NCBI GenBank assembly: GCA_902478645.1
Contig: CABSLV010000004.1
Location: 24,411-88,410, forward strand
DNA length: 64,000 bases
Direction of reading: 5' to 3'
Source of the DNA: an uncultured Flavobacteriales bacterium
Lineage (GTDB): Bacteria; Bacteroidota; Bacteroidia; Flavobacteriales; UBA1820
Positions 10,102-20,487 of this stretch are shown in pieces. The notes under the pieces were generated by a model that worked only from the letters and a program-made list of their open reading frames with translations, had not been told where the DNA came from and did not search any database. A program made the translations under genes and the position numbers. The first letter of the stretch is position 1. Each line of letters opens with the position of its first letter.

Positions 10102-12618
10102 TTGGATACGGAAAAAACAGCACAAACGGTTCATTTGTCCGATCTCCAGGCTGGAGAGTGGGGCATCATCGTCAAAGTACAGGGACACGGAGCATTCCGC
10201 AAGCGGATCACCGAAATGGGATTCGTACGCGGACAACGCATCCGGGTGATCAAGAGCGCCCCGATGCTCGACCCGGTGGAATACGCCATCATGGGCTACC
10301 AGGTGGCCTTGCGCCGCAGCGAAGCCGACCTGATCGAGGTTACGCCCTGCAGCGAAGGGGAACATCCTTCCGCCACAACAGGCCCTGCGCCCGTCCCGCA
10401 GGCGGAAGTCTTCACCTCTGAGGACTGTCCCTGCCAGGCCAAACGCCCTGCCCACCTGCACGAAGCCCTGCGCACCATCGACGTCGCTCTGGTGGGCAAC
10501 CCGAACATCGGCAAGACTTCGCTGTTCAACGAAGCTTCCGGCTCGCACCAGAAAACGGGAAATTACAGCGGTGTTACGGTCGATGTGAAAACGGCCGTCG
10601 TCCACCACAAAGGCTATACCATCCGCCTGTCCGACCTGCCGGGCACCTATTCGCTGACCGAATATTCCTCCGAGGAAGTCTTCGTGCGCCGGCACCTGAC
10701 CGAAAAGACCCCCGACGTGGTGATCAACGTCATGGATGCGACCAACCTGGAGCGCAACCTGTACCTGACTACCGCTCTGATCGACATGGACATGCGCGTG
10801 GTAGTGGCTCTGAACATGTACGACGAACTGCTGCGCAGCGACCGGCGGTTCGACTACCGGGCCTTGGGGTCGATGATCGGCATCCCGTTCGTGCCTACCA
10901 CCGCCCGCGAAGGCCGGGGCATCGAAGAACTCCTGGACAAAGTGATCGAAGTCTTCGAAGGCAAGGAACCCACCGTGCGCCACATCCATATCCACTACGG
11001 ACAGGACGTGGAAAACGCCATCCGCGAGTTGCAGAAAGTCCTGCGGCAGGACAAGGACCTGATGGCCCGGTACTCGCCGCGCGACTTGTCGCTGCGCCTG
11101 TTGGAAAACGAAAAGACCGCCCGGGAATCGATCGGGAAAAGCCCGCAACGGGGCTTGATCGAACAGACGGCCCGCACCGCGGCGCAACGCCTGGAGAGCA
11201 CCTACGGGGAAAACGTGGAAACGATCCTGGCCGATGCCAAATACGGCTTTATCGCCGGGGCACTCTCCGAGACCCTGACGTTCAAGGACGGGCCTTCGCG
11301 CAAAAGCCGCGACCCGGATGCCCTGATCACCAATAAATGGCTCGGCTTTCCCATCTTTCTGGCCATCATGCTGGCCGTTTTCCAGGCGACGTTCTATCTG
11401 GGCAACTACCCGATGGAGTGGTTGGAAGCGGGCGTCTCGGCACTCGGGACTTGGGTGGGGAATGCCCTGCCGGATGGTTCGCTGCGCTCCCTGCTGGTGG
11501 ACGGCGTGATCAACGGCGTGGGAGGGGTGCTGGTATTCCTGCCCAATATCCTCATCCTGTTCTTCTTTATCGCGCTGATGGAAGATACGGGATACATGGC
11601 GCGCGCGGCCTTTATCATGGACCGGCTCATGCACCGCATCGGGCTGCACGGCAAGTCGTTCATCCCCCTGCTGATGGGCTTCGGGTGCAACGTGCCGGCG
11701 GTGATCGCCACCCGCACGCTGGAAAGCCGCAAGGACCGTATCCTCACCATGCTCATCATCCCGTTCACTTCATGCAGCGCGCGTCTGCCGGTCTATGTCC
11801 TGCTGATCGGCGCTTTCTTTCCCGAACGCAGCGGACTGGTGCTCTTTGCCCTCTACCTGACGGGCGTGGTGGTAGCCATCCTCTCTTCGCTGCTGCTCAA
11901 GAAAGTGTTTTTCCGCAAGGAAGAAGCTCCTTTCGTAATGGAACTGCCCCCGTACCGCATCCCCACCCTGGTGAGCGTGGTACGCCACATGTGGGACCGC
12001 GGGGTGCAGTACCTGCGCAAGATGGGAACGGTCATCCTGCTGGCTTCGGTCTTGATCTGGGCACTGGGGCATTACCCCGAGAAGGTGGACTACGCACAGG
12101 ACTACGACGCGCTGCGCGAACAGGTAGCGGCCCGGAATATCCCGGAACAGGAAAAAGAACGCTCCCTGGCCCACATCGACGCCCTGCAAGAGGCGGAAAG
12201 ACAAGAGAAATCCTACATCGGCCGGATCGGAAAAGCGGTCGAGCCGGCCATCGCCCCCCTGGGCTTCGACTGGCAGATCGGGGTGAGCCTGGTTACCGGA
12301 TTTGCCGCCAAGGAGATCGTCGTCAGCACAATGGCCGTACTCTCCAGTTCGGATGAAGACACCCAGACCCTCGGCGAGCGGCTCAAGGAACAGACCTACA
12401 CCTCCGGTCCCAAGGCCGGGCAAAAGGTTTACACGCCGCTGGTGGCCTTTACCCTGATGATCTTCATTCTGCTGTACTTCCCGTGCATTGCCACCATCGC
12501 CGCCATCGGCCGCGAATCGGGCAGCTGGCGATGGGCGCTCTTCACGGCCGTGTACACCACCTGCGTAGCGTGGGTGGTATCGTTTGCCGTTTACCGGATC
12601 GGACTCCTGTTTGCATAA
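10102..12618 (+). CDS. feoB: Ferrous iron transporter, FeoA-FeoB fusion
   Basis: N-terminal FeoA (LSDLQAGEWGIIVKVQGHGAFRKRITEMGF), G-domain (VALVGNPNIGKTSLFN) and a polytopic C-terminus. No in-frame ATG is present. The start is TTG at 10102 or TTG at 10135. A TAACTTTG -7-like box lies at 10066-10073. Confidence 0.9.
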   Translation: MDTEKTAQTVHLSDLQAGEWGIIVKVQGHGAFRKRITEMGFVRGQRIRVIKSAPMLDPVEYAIMGYQVALRRSEADLIEVTPCSEGEHPSATTGPAPVPQAEVFTSEDCPCQAKRPAHLHEALRTIDVALVGNPNIGKTSLFNEASGSHQKTGNYSGVTVDVKTAVVHHKGYTIRLSDLPGTYSLTEYSSEEVFVRRHLTEKTPDVVINVMDATNLERNLYLTTALIDMDMRVVVALNMYDELLRSDRRFDYRALGSMIGIPFVPTTAREGRGIEELLDKVIEVFEGKEPTVRHIHIHYGQDVENAIRELQKVLRQDKDLMARYSPRDLSLRLLENEKTARESIGKSPQRGLIEQTARTAAQRLESTYGENVETILADAKYGFIAGALSETLTFKDGPSRKSRDPDALITNKWLGFPIFLAIMLAVFQATFYLGNYPMEWLEAGVSALGTWVGNALPDGSLRSLLVDGVINGVGGVLVFLPNILILFFFIALMEDTGYMARAAFIMDRLMHRIGLHGKSFIPLLMGFGCNVPAVIATRTLESRKDRILTMLIIPFTSCSARLPVYVLLIGAFFPERSGLVLFALYLTGVVVAILSSLLLKKVFFRKEEAPFVMELPPYRIPTLVSVVRHMWDRGVQYLRKMGTVILLASVLIWALGHYPEKVDYAQDYDALREQVAARNIPEQEKERSLAHIDALQEAERQEKSYIGRIGKAVEPAIAPLGFDWQIGVSLVTGFAAKEIVVSTMAVLSSSDEDTQTLGERLKEQTYTSGPKAGQKVYTPLVAFTLMIFILLYFPCIATIAAIGRESGSWRWALFTAVYTTCVAWVVSFAVYRIGLLFA

Positions 12619-12627
12619 GACAAAGCC

Positions 12628-12858
12628 ATGCTGCAAGATATCCTCACCCTGATCATCGTGCTGGTGTGCGCCCTTCTGCTGGGAAGGCGTATCGTACGCA
12701 GCATCCGCCGCAATCCCTGCGACGGATGCTGCGGCCACGGCGGGTCTCATGCTTCGGGCTGCGCCGGATGCTCCCGGCCGTCCCACCGGCATCCGGGGCA
12801 AGGCTGCGCGGGTTGCCACCGGCATGAGAAGTCCCATGGATGCCCCCGGGGAAAATAA
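12628..12858 (+). CDS. FeoB-associated Cys-rich membrane protein
   Basis: 76 aa with one TM helix followed by a Cys/His-rich tail (CDGCCGHGG...CAGC...CAGCH). Lies immediately after feoB. Confidence 0.65.
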   Translation: MLQDILTLIIVLVCALLLGRRIVRSIRRNPCDGCCGHGGSHASGCAGCSRPSHRHPGQGCAGCHRHEKSHGCPRGK

Positions 12859-12913
12859 CTCCCCGAAGGTTCCTCCCACAGGAAAAAGGGAAAAGAGAAG
12901 AAGAAAAGAATCC

Positions 12914-13369
12914 CTACCGGTCGAACTCCGGGAAACACTTCAGGAAGTACTCCGGAGCGCGGGTAGGACGGCGCGTTTTGGCATCCACACAGGCCAGTAC
13001 CACTTCCCCGGTACAGATCAGCACCCCGTCCTGGTTGGTAACCCGGTAACCGAAGCGCACCCGAACGGAAGGCTTTTCGAGCAGCGTTACCTCCACGTCG
13101 AGCAGGTCATCGTAAAACGCCGGATGGATGTACTTAATGTGCAGGTCGGACACGGGCAGCATCACCCCGCCTTCCTCCTCCATCTTCTTGTAGGTCAGCC
13201 CCCGCGAACGCAGCATCTCCAAACGGGACACCTCGAAATACATCGCGTAATTGCCATGATAGACGAACGACATCCGGTCGGTATCGTTGTACCGCACCCG
13301 GACTTGGTTCACATAGCGCACTACGGGGTGCTCCGCAGCGCTCTTGCCGGCATCGTTCTTATTTGTCAT
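12914..13369 (-). CDS. Acyl-CoA thioesterase, YbgC/4HBT hotdog family
   Basis: VRVRYNDTDRMSFVYHGNY motif. 151 aa. Confidence 0.8.
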   Translation of the reverse strand: MTNKNDAGKSAAEHPVVRYVNQVRVRYNDTDRMSFVYHGNYAMYFEVSRLEMLRSRGLTYKKMEEEGGVMLPVSDLHIKYIHPAFYDDLLDVEVTLLEKPSVRVRFGYRVTNQDGVLICTGEVVLACVDAKTRRPTRAPEYFLKCFPEFDR

Positions 13370-13964
13370 CGGTGTGTGTTTTAAGGTATTCGGACAGAAA
13401 AGCGATCATCGCTTCGGTGGCACGCGCCCGGTGGCTGATGCGCCCTTTCTCCTCGAGGGTCATCTGGGCAAAGCTGCGGTCGCAGCCCTGGGGACGGAAC
13501 ACGGGATCGTACCCGAATCCTTCTTCCCCCTGCGGGCTTTCGAGGATTGTGCCCTCCACGCTCCCCTCGAAAAGGTATTCCCGGCCGTGAAGCCACAGTG
13601 AAATCACCGTTACGAAACGCGCCCGACGGTCCTGCACTCCGGCCATTGCCTGCAAGAGCTTGTCCACATTGTCCTGATAGGTCGCTCCCGGGCCGGCATA
13701 CCGGGCGGAATACACCCCGGGGGCGCCGTCCAATGCTTCGACCTCCAGTCCGGTATCGTCCGCAAAACAGTCCGCCGAGAAATGCTCGCGCACATACGCG
13801 GACTTCTGCCGGGCATTTTCCGTCAGGGTATCTCCCGTTTCGGGGATTTCCTCCCCGCTCAACTCCCAGTAAGGCTTCAACTCCACCCCGGAAGGCATCA
13901 GGGCGGCAATCTCTTCAAACTTGTGCCGGTTGTGGGTGGCCACGACCAATTTTATCTTTTCCAT
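13359..13964 (-). CDS. rdgB: Non-canonical purine NTP pyrophosphatase (RdgB/HAM1)
   Basis: LVVATHNRHKFEE, DDTGLEVEALDGAPGVYSARYAG and FGYDPVF motifs. Confidence 0.88.
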   Translation of the reverse strand: MEKIKLVVATHNRHKFEEIAALMPSGVELKPYWELSGEEIPETGDTLTENARQKSAYVREHFSADCFADDTGLEVEALDGAPGVYSARYAGPGATYQDNVDKLLQAMAGVQDRRARFVTVISLWLHGREYLFEGSVEGTILESPQGEEGFGYDPVFRPQGCDRSFAQMTLEEKGRISHRARATEAMIAFLSEYLKTHTDDK

Positions 13965-14010
13965 CGCTCGGATCGTTATTTTCTCTTGCAGTGCGGATGC
14001 GCTCCGTCCG

Positions 14011-15387
14011 TTATTTCTTGATATTGGGCAACTCCAGTCCGTAACCGTACCGGCGGTCGGCTTTCTTGAGCAGGATACTCACCGCTACGGACAGCACGGC
14101 AAACCCGCAGAACACCAGCATGGGCAGGGTATAGTCGTAGATGCTCGCTCCCTGCGGAGTGCGCCCTATCACGCAATAATGCTCCTGGATCGTTCCGATG
14201 AGGTTAGGTACTCCCCACAGGCCGATGTTCTGGATAAAGAAGATGAGCGCATAGGCTGTCCCGAGTTGGGAGACGGGGAATATCTTGGCCACGGCCGGCC
14301 ACAGAGCCGAAGGCACCAGCGAAAAGGCGATCCCCAGGATGACCATCAAGGCCACCGCCACCCACCACTGGTCCACGAAAGGCATGGCGTAGAGGAAATG
14401 GACGAAGATGAGCATGCCCGAGCCCAGGATCATCATCGAAGCCGAACGCCCCCGCCGGTCGATCACCCCGCCGAAGACCGGCGTGAGAAACAGTGCTCCC
14501 ATGGCCGGCAATCCCACGATGGAACCGGCAAAGTCCGGGTCGATCCCGTACTTGGAGACCATCATGGCCGAAGCGAATTTCTGGAACGGGAACACGCAGG
14601 CGTAAAACAACACGCACAGCAGCGCAATGAGCCAGAATCCCCGGTTTTTCACGATCCCCGCCACATCGCGGAACGAGAACTTTTCGTCGTCCGCCCCAGC
14701 GCTTTCCATCGCCCCTTCCTGACGGTCGAGCCGGCGGTCCATCACCGAGAAGACAAAGAACGACACCGCACCGCCTACCAGCAGCACCAGTCCGACGAGC
14801 ACCGGGGTCTCGAGTTGGAAGTTCCGCGCCAGAGGGATCGCCAGGCTGTACGCCGCCTGCGAACCGATGCGAGCCAGAGCCACCTGTACTCCCATGGCCG
14901 TGGCCAGTTCCTTGCCTTTGAACCAGCGGGCGATGATCTTGGTCACGGTAATTCCCGCCACCTCGGCGCCCACTCCGAAGACGGAATACCCGGCCGCTGC
15001 GACGAACACCCCGGTCTTGTACCCGAAGATCAATTCCTCATTGCCGGCCAAGGCCGTAATGCCGTAGTACTGCACCAGCGTTCCCCCGGCCATGAGCAAC
15101 ACGGCCAGTTTGCCGGTAAAGCGCACCCCGAAGCGGTCGATGAGAAAACCGCCCCAGATGAGCATCAGCAAAAATACGTTGAGGAAACTGTAGGCTCCGG
15201 TAAAAAATCCGAACTCCGAACCGCTCCACCCCAGCTGTTCCTCCAGCATCTCCTGCAGGGGAGCCATCACGTCGTTCACATAGTAGGCCGCCATCATGGT
15301 GAAAGCCACCACGGCCAGCGCCGTCCAGCGCATCGCGGCCGAATCGCGCAAAGTCCGCCCCGGGGCCGCTGTCATCTTGTCTGTCAT
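14011..15387 (-). CDS. MFS transporter
   Basis: 458 aa, about 12 hydrophobic helices, typical MFS loop motifs. A TAACTTTG -7 box lies on the minus strand at 15419-15426. Confidence 0.8.
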   Translation of the reverse strand: MTDKMTAAPGRTLRDSAAMRWTALAVVAFTMMAAYYVNDVMAPLQEMLEEQLGWSGSEFGFFTGAYSFLNVFLLMLIWGGFLIDRFGVRFTGKLAVLLMAGGTLVQYYGITALAGNEELIFGYKTGVFVAAAGYSVFGVGAEVAGITVTKIIARWFKGKELATAMGVQVALARIGSQAAYSLAIPLARNFQLETPVLVGLVLLVGGAVSFFVFSVMDRRLDRQEGAMESAGADDEKFSFRDVAGIVKNRGFWLIALLCVLFYACVFPFQKFASAMMVSKYGIDPDFAGSIVGLPAMGALFLTPVFGGVIDRRGRSASMMILGSGMLIFVHFLYAMPFVDQWWVAVALMVILGIAFSLVPSALWPAVAKIFPVSQLGTAYALIFFIQNIGLWGVPNLIGTIQEHYCVIGRTPQGASIYDYTLPMLVFCGFAVLSVAVSILLKKADRRYGYGLELPNIKK

Positions 15388-15602
15388 CGGGATAAAAAAT
15401 CTGTCTTTTATTATCCGACAAAGTTAGCCCTTTTTTCCGGGGTATGAAAACCGTTTTCTGCAAGACGGACTCGTTCCCCAAGAGTCTCTCCCGGGCAAAA
15501 AATGCGACGGGGAAAACCTCCCGGAGGAGGCGGCAAGAAAAGGTTAAATTACACCCGCCGCCTTGCCCCTCCCAAAACTTTTGCGTTACTTGCATCCGGC
15601 GA

Positions 15603-16319
15603 ATGAAAAACGAAACATCCTCTATGCCCCACCGCAAACTGTTCTCCCCCGACGACAAAATGTCGGACATCCTCCAGTCCAACTACGGCCTGCTGCCTCT
15701 GCTTCCCCGTTTCGGGCTCACACTGGGCGTGGGTGAAAAAACCGCCCGGCAACTCTGCCGGGAAAAAGGAGTGGACTGCACCCTGATGCTCACCGTCTTC
15801 AACCTCTATACCCATCCCGACTACCTGCCGGCCGTCGGACAGGTCGCTGCCCTGCCCTTGGAGGACCTGCTGGGATACCTGCTCTCCAGCCATCGGTATT
15901 ACCGCCAGGACCGCATCCCCCACATCCGGCAGCACCTGGAGCAGATCGTCGCTCCCCGTCCGGATGCCGAGGCCCGGGTGATGCTCGGCTTTTTCGACCA
16001 ATACGCCCACGAAGTCGCGCAACATCTCGACTACGAGGAAAACACCGTATTCCCCTACATCCGCACCCTGTCCCAGGGACGGAAATCGCCGCAATACGAC
16101 ATTTCGGTCTTCGAGAGAAACCATACGGACATCGAGGAAAAACTCTCCGACCTGTCGAGCATCCTGATCAAATACCTCACCCCGAGCGGCGACGGAAGCC
16201 AGGAAAACGAAATCCTGCTGGACCTCTACCTGCTGGGCGAGGACATCGCCCGCCATACCCTGATCGAAGACAAAATCCTGGTGCCGCTGGCCGGAGAACT
16301 CGAAAAACAAGCCCAATGA
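15603..16319 (+). CDS. Hemerythrin-domain protein
   Basis: H/E-rich four-helix pattern (SSHRYYRQD...HxxxE...NHTDIEEKL...ARHTLIEDKIL). Start trimmed to the ATG at 15603, and alternatives exist downstream. Confidence 0.6.
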   Translation: MKNETSSMPHRKLFSPDDKMSDILQSNYGLLPLLPRFGLTLGVGEKTARQLCREKGVDCTLMLTVFNLYTHPDYLPAVGQVAALPLEDLLGYLLSSHRYYRQDRIPHIRQHLEQIVAPRPDAEARVMLGFFDQYAHEVAQHLDYEENTVFPYIRTLSQGRKSPQYDISVFERNHTDIEEKLSDLSSILIKYLTPSGDGSQENEILLDLYLLGEDIARHTLIEDKILVPLAGELEKQAQ

Positions 16320-16930
16320 CCTCTCGCAAGAAATACCGTCTCGCCCTGATCGAACCTTCGGAGATCGTCCGCACGGGTGTCAAAGTCCTGCTGGCCGCCG
16401 AAGGCAGTTTCGAACTGACGGCCACGGCCGCCGACATCCGCCAATGGAGTGCCTTCCCGCCCGCCCTGCCGCCGGATGTCCTGTTGGTAAACCCTTCCCT
16501 GGCCGACCGGCACGGGCGCACCCACATCCGCACGTTGCTCTCGGCCGAGGCTTCGACTCTGGTGGGCGCGCTGCTGTACACGTACCTCCCGCAGGAAGAA
16601 CTCGCGCAATACGACTGCGTCGTGGAGATCGACGACCCGAAAGAGACGGTGGTCAAAAAACTGCTGCACGCCCTGCAAAACCGCGAGCGGGAAAACGAAC
16701 CGGCGCGCGAAAACCCCGAACTGTCCGAACGGGAAAAGGAGATCCTCGCTTCGCTGGTCAAAGGCCATACGCACAAGGAGATCGCCGCCATCCACCACCT
16801 GTCGGTGCATACCGTGATCTCCCACCGGAAGAACATCTCGCGCAAGACCGGTATCAAAACCGTATCGGGCCTGACGGTATACGCACTGCTGAACCACCTG
16901 ATCCGACCCGAAGACCTCGAAACGGAATAA
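16316..16930 (+). CDS. LuxR-family transcription factor with a degenerate receiver-like N-domain
   Basis: C-terminal LSEREKEILASLVKGHTHKEIAAIHHLSVHTVISHRKNISRKTG HTH. The N-domain has EP in place of the acidic DD pair. It has DVLLVN where DxxxxD with the phospho-Asp is expected. ATGA overlap with the upstream hemerythrin gene. Confidence 0.75.
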   Translation: MTSRKKYRLALIEPSEIVRTGVKVLLAAEGSFELTATAADIRQWSAFPPALPPDVLLVNPSLADRHGRTHIRTLLSAEASTLVGALLYTYLPQEELAQYDCVVEIDDPKETVVKKLLHALQNRERENEPARENPELSEREKEILASLVKGHTHKEIAAIHHLSVHTVISHRKNISRKTGIKTVSGLTVYALLNHLIRPEDLETE

Positions 16931-17079
16931 ACCGAACGTATTTTTCCTACCCCTTTTCGCCCCGGGGAGCGCCGGGAGTTTCCCTTCGATTCTCCCTTAC
17001 GCCTCCTTGTTGCCCCCTTTTGCCTTCTTTTACCCCCCCCCTGCCGCCCTGCTCTTTCCTTACGCAAGGAGGATCGGCC

Positions 17080-18168
17080 TCAAGCCTCCTGCGGGGGATA
17101 GTCCTGTGCCGGACGGCGTCCCGAGACGGCGGCCATGCCCGCTTGCACCAAAGCACCCAGTTCGTCCTCGCCGGGGTACAGATGTACCGGAGCGATAAAC
17201 TCGATGCGGGGGATAAGGCTGGCCATCACCACCTTGTTTTGCGCCATGCCGCCCGTGATCAGGATCGCATCCACCCGTCCCGAAAACACCGGTGCGAGCG
17301 AGCCGATCTCCTTGGCCACCTGATAGACCAGCGCATCGAAGATAAGGCCGGCCTGAGCGTTTCCTTCCTGGTCGCGCATCCGCACCACTTCGCGCATGTC
17401 GCTCACTCCCATGTAAGACAGCACCCCGCCCCGGCCGTTGATCATGGCCAGCATTTCGCGCTGGGTGTACTGCCCCGAAAAACACATCCGCACCAGATCG
17501 CCTACCGGCAAGGTACCGGAGCGCTCCGGAGAGAACGGCCCCTCGCCGTCGATGGTCTGATTGACATCCACCACGCGGCCTGCGCGGTGAGCCGCTACGG
17601 AAATCCCCCCACCCATGTGGGCGACGATGAGGTTGAGCTCCGAATAGAGCCGACCGATCTCGGCGGCATACCGGCGGGCGGTCGCCTTTTGGTTGAGGGC
17701 ATGGAAAAACGATTTGCGTACAAAGTTGGGATGGCCCGATATGCGGGCTACGGGGTCCATCTCGTCCACCACCACCGGGTCGGCGATGTAGCACGGGATC
17801 CCTCCCAAGTCCTGGGAAATGGACTGGGCGATAAAGGCTGCGATGTTGCTGGCATGGCGGGTTGCGCTGGTACGCAGGTCGGAGAGCATCTGTTCGTTGA
17901 TGCGGTACGTCCCGGAAGGGATGGGACGCAGCACGCCCCCGCGCGCCATGATAAAATCGAGGGTGGACAAGTCGATCCCGGCCTGCTCCAGGGCCTCGAG
18001 CACCGCGCGCTTGCGGAAATCGAGCTGGTCGAGGATGTCCGCAAAGGGAGCGAGTTGTTCGGGTGTGTGGCCGATATTCTTTTCAAACGACAGGGTAAGG
18101 TCTTCGAACACCCCGATTTTGGTCGAAGTCGAACCGGGGTTGATCACCAGGCTTCTGTATTTCTTCAA
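17080..18168 (-). CDS. buk: Butyrate kinase
   Basis: (M)KKYRSLVINPGSTSTKIGVFED start. ASKHA-fold motifs HMGGGISVAAH and ITGGMA. The start codon is TTG at 18168. Confidence 0.9.
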   Translation of the reverse strand: MKKYRSLVINPGSTSTKIGVFEDLTLSFEKNIGHTPEQLAPFADILDQLDFRKRAVLEALEQAGIDLSTLDFIMARGGVLRPIPSGTYRINEQMLSDLRTSATRHASNIAAFIAQSISQDLGGIPCYIADPVVVDEMDPVARISGHPNFVRKSFFHALNQKATARRYAAEIGRLYSELNLIVAHMGGGISVAAHRAGRVVDVNQTIDGEGPFSPERSGTLPVGDLVRMCFSGQYTQREMLAMINGRGGVLSYMGVSDMREVVRMRDQEGNAQAGLIFDALVYQVAKEIGSLAPVFSGRVDAILITGGMAQNKVVMASLIPRIEFIAPVHLYPGEDELGALVQAGMAAVSGRRPAQDYPPQEA

Positions 18169-18300
18169 GGTTTCTGTGGATAAAACGGTTTTTCTTTTTC
18201 TTCTCCGGATTTTTCTTTCTCTGCCTCCTTATCCGGGTCTTTTCTTCATTCGGGTTCTTCCTGCAACTTCTCTTGTGCAGCTCCCCTCCCCCTCCCGAGG

Positions 18301-19206
18301 TCAGCGCAGCGAGCCTGCTACCGCCAGAGCGATCGAGGCCAGTTTGGCATCCATCGTATCGGCGCGCGAAGTGAGCACGATGGGTGCTGCCGCCCCGAGG
18401 ATGACGGCTCCCATGCGGCATTCGGTAAAGAAGGCAAAGGACTTGTAGAGGAGGTTGCCCGCCTCGATATCGGGAGCGAGCAGGATGTCGGCATCGGCCG
18501 CTACGGGACTTTCGAAGTGCTTGTCGCGTTTGCTCTCCTGCGAGACCGCCAGGTCGAAGGACAAGGGGCCGTCCACCAGGCAATCAACGATCTCTCCCCG
18601 GGCGTTCATCTGCTTGAGCGCGTCGGCATCGAGGGTAGCGGGCATCTTGGGGTTCACCTGCTCGATGGCCGCCAGTACGGCCACCTTGGGCGTGTCGATG
18701 CCCAAACGACGGACAAAGTCCACCGTATTTTGCACGATGACTGCTTTTTCTTCCAGGGTGGGAGCGATGTTCATCGCTGCATCGGTGAGTACCAGGAGCT
18801 TGTGGTAGGCCGGGATCTGGAACACGGCCAGATGAGAGATCAACCGGTCGGTACGAAGCCCCCACTGGCGGTTGAGCACTCCTTTCATGATCTGCGGGGT
18901 GGTCACCCCGCCTTTCATCAGGATGTCGGCCTGCCCGGAGCTGACCATGCGCACCGCTGTTTCGACCATTCCTTCGGCATCCTCGGCTTCGACGATCTGC
19001 ACGCCTTCCACCGAACGGCCCAGGTTTCGGGCGGCCTCGTGGATCTCGTCCCGCCGGCCGACCAGGATGGGGGTAACGAACCCCATCGCCGAGGCTTCGA
19101 GCGCAGCCTCCAACGCATGTTCATTGGACGCCTGGCACAGGACCAGACGGCATCCGTGCCCCTTCTGACGGGCAAGGGAAAAAATATCGTCGATCGTTTT
19201 TATCAT
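18301..19206 (-). CDS. ptb: Phosphate butyryltransferase
   Basis: 301 aa PTA_PTB family (ILVGRRDEI..., ILMKGGVTT, SRADT). Lies upstream of buk. Confidence 0.85.
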   Translation of the reverse strand: MIKTIDDIFSLARQKGHGCRLVLCQASNEHALEAALEASAMGFVTPILVGRRDEIHEAARNLGRSVEGVQIVEAEDAEGMVETAVRMVSSGQADILMKGGVTTPQIMKGVLNRQWGLRTDRLISHLAVFQIPAYHKLLVLTDAAMNIAPTLEEKAVIVQNTVDFVRRLGIDTPKVAVLAAIEQVNPKMPATLDADALKQMNARGEIVDCLVDGPLSFDLAVSQESKRDKHFESPVAADADILLAPDIEAGNLLYKSFAFFTECRMGAVILGAAAPIVLTSRADTMDAKLASIALAVAGSLR

Positions 19207-19257
19207 GGTGTGATGGTTGTTTTTTCGTTTTCTTGCCTTTTACAGCGAAGGATTCTT

Positions 19258-20487
19258 TCAGGCGGTTTTCGCCCCTTGCGCTACCGCGAAACGGGCGAGT
19301 TGGCTCTGGGCATATTTGCGGGTGACGCGGAATTCCGCCGGAGGGTTGTCCGGCAGGTCGAACATCGCATCGGTGAGCACCGCCTCGCACAAGGTGCGAA
19401 GCCCCCGCGCCCCGGTCTTGAACTCCAAAGCCTTGTCCACGATGTATTCCAACGCTTTTTTGTCGATCTTCAGCCGTACTCCGTCCATCTCGAACAAGCG
19501 CTCCATCTGGCGCACGACGGCATTGCGGGGTTCGGTGAGGATACGCAACAGGTCCTCGCGGGTCAGGGCATCCAGGTGCGTGATCACCGGCAGACGGCCG
19601 ATCAACTCCGGAATGAGCCCGAAAGACTTCAAGTCCTGCGGGGCTACGTAACGCATGATGTTTTCCGAGGAGATCGTCCCCAGGTTCTCGGCCGAATAAC
19701 CCACCGTCTGTTTGTTGAGCCGCTGGCTGATCTTGCGCTCGATCCCGTCGAATGCGCCGCCGGCGATGAACAGGATGTTGCGGGTGTCGATCTCGATGAA
19801 TTTCTGTTCGGGATGCTTGCGTCCGCCTTGCGGGGGAACGTTTACCTTGGCCCCCTCGAGCAGTTTGAGCATGGCCTGCTGCACTCCTTCGCCCGACACG
19901 TCGCGGGTGATGGAGGGGTTGTCGCTCTTGCGGGCGATCTTGTCGATCTCGTCGATAAAGACGATGCCGCGCTCGGCCTTGCGCACGTCGTAGTCGGCGG
20001 CCTGCAAGAGTTTGGTCAGCATGGTCTCCACGTCCTCCCCTACGTAACCGGCTTCGGTGAGCACCGTGGCATCGACAATGGTAAAGGGCACGTCGAGCAG
20101 CCGGGCGATGGTCCGGGCGAGCAGCGTCTTGCCCGTACCGGTGGGCCCTACCAACAGAACGTTGGACTTTTCGATCTCCACCTCCTCGTCGCGCTTCTGC
20201 CCCAGGCGTTTGTAGTGGTTGTACACCGCTACCGAGAGGACTTTCTTGGCCTCCTGCTGGCCGATGACATACTGGTCGAGGTAGGCCTTGATCTGCGAGG
20301 GGCGTTTGATCTGCGAAAGATCGACCGAAGTCTCCTGCTCATCCTGCCGGGAGACTTCCTCCTGGAGGATGCGCATGGCCTGTTCGATACACTCGTCGCA
20401 GATGTTGGCGTCGAGCCCGGTGATCAGCAGGCGGGTCTCGCTCTTGGGACGCCCGCAGAATGAACAGTGTTTCTGATGGTTTGCCAT
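19258..20487 (-). CDS. clpX: ATP-dependent Clp protease ATP-binding subunit ClpX
   Basis: Zinc-ribbon CSFCGR...C..C, Walker [15 protein letters not shown] and an [10 protein letters not shown] motif. Confidence 0.95.
   Translation of the reverse strand: MANHQKHCSFCGRPKSETRLLITGLDANICDECIEQAMRILQEEVSRQDEQETSVDLSQIKRPSQIKAYLDQYVIGQQEAKKVLSVAVYNHYKRLGQKRDEEVEIEKSNVLLVGPTGTGKTLLARTIARLLDVPFTIVDATVLTEAGYVGEDVETMLTKLLQAADYDVRKAERGIVFIDEIDKIARKSDNPSITRDVSGEGVQQAMLKLLEGAKVNVPPQGGRKHPEQKFIEIDTRNILFIAGGAFDGIERKISQRLNKQTVGYSAENLGTISSENIMRYVAPQDLKSFGLIPELIGRLPVITHLDALTREDLLRILTEPRNAVVRQMERLFEMDGVRLKIDKKALEYIVDKALEFKTGARGLRTLCEAVLTDAMFDLPDNPPAEFRVTRKYAQSQLARFAVAQGAKTA

Noticed and set aside
17033-17041. 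Homopolymeric C tracts (C9 here, C8 at 42903-42910, C7 at 46128-46134) as slipped-strand phase-variation switches
   Set aside because: All lie in intergenic spacers, not in coding regions or between -33/-7 promoter elements. They are part of a general polypurine/polypyrimidine bias of these spacers.
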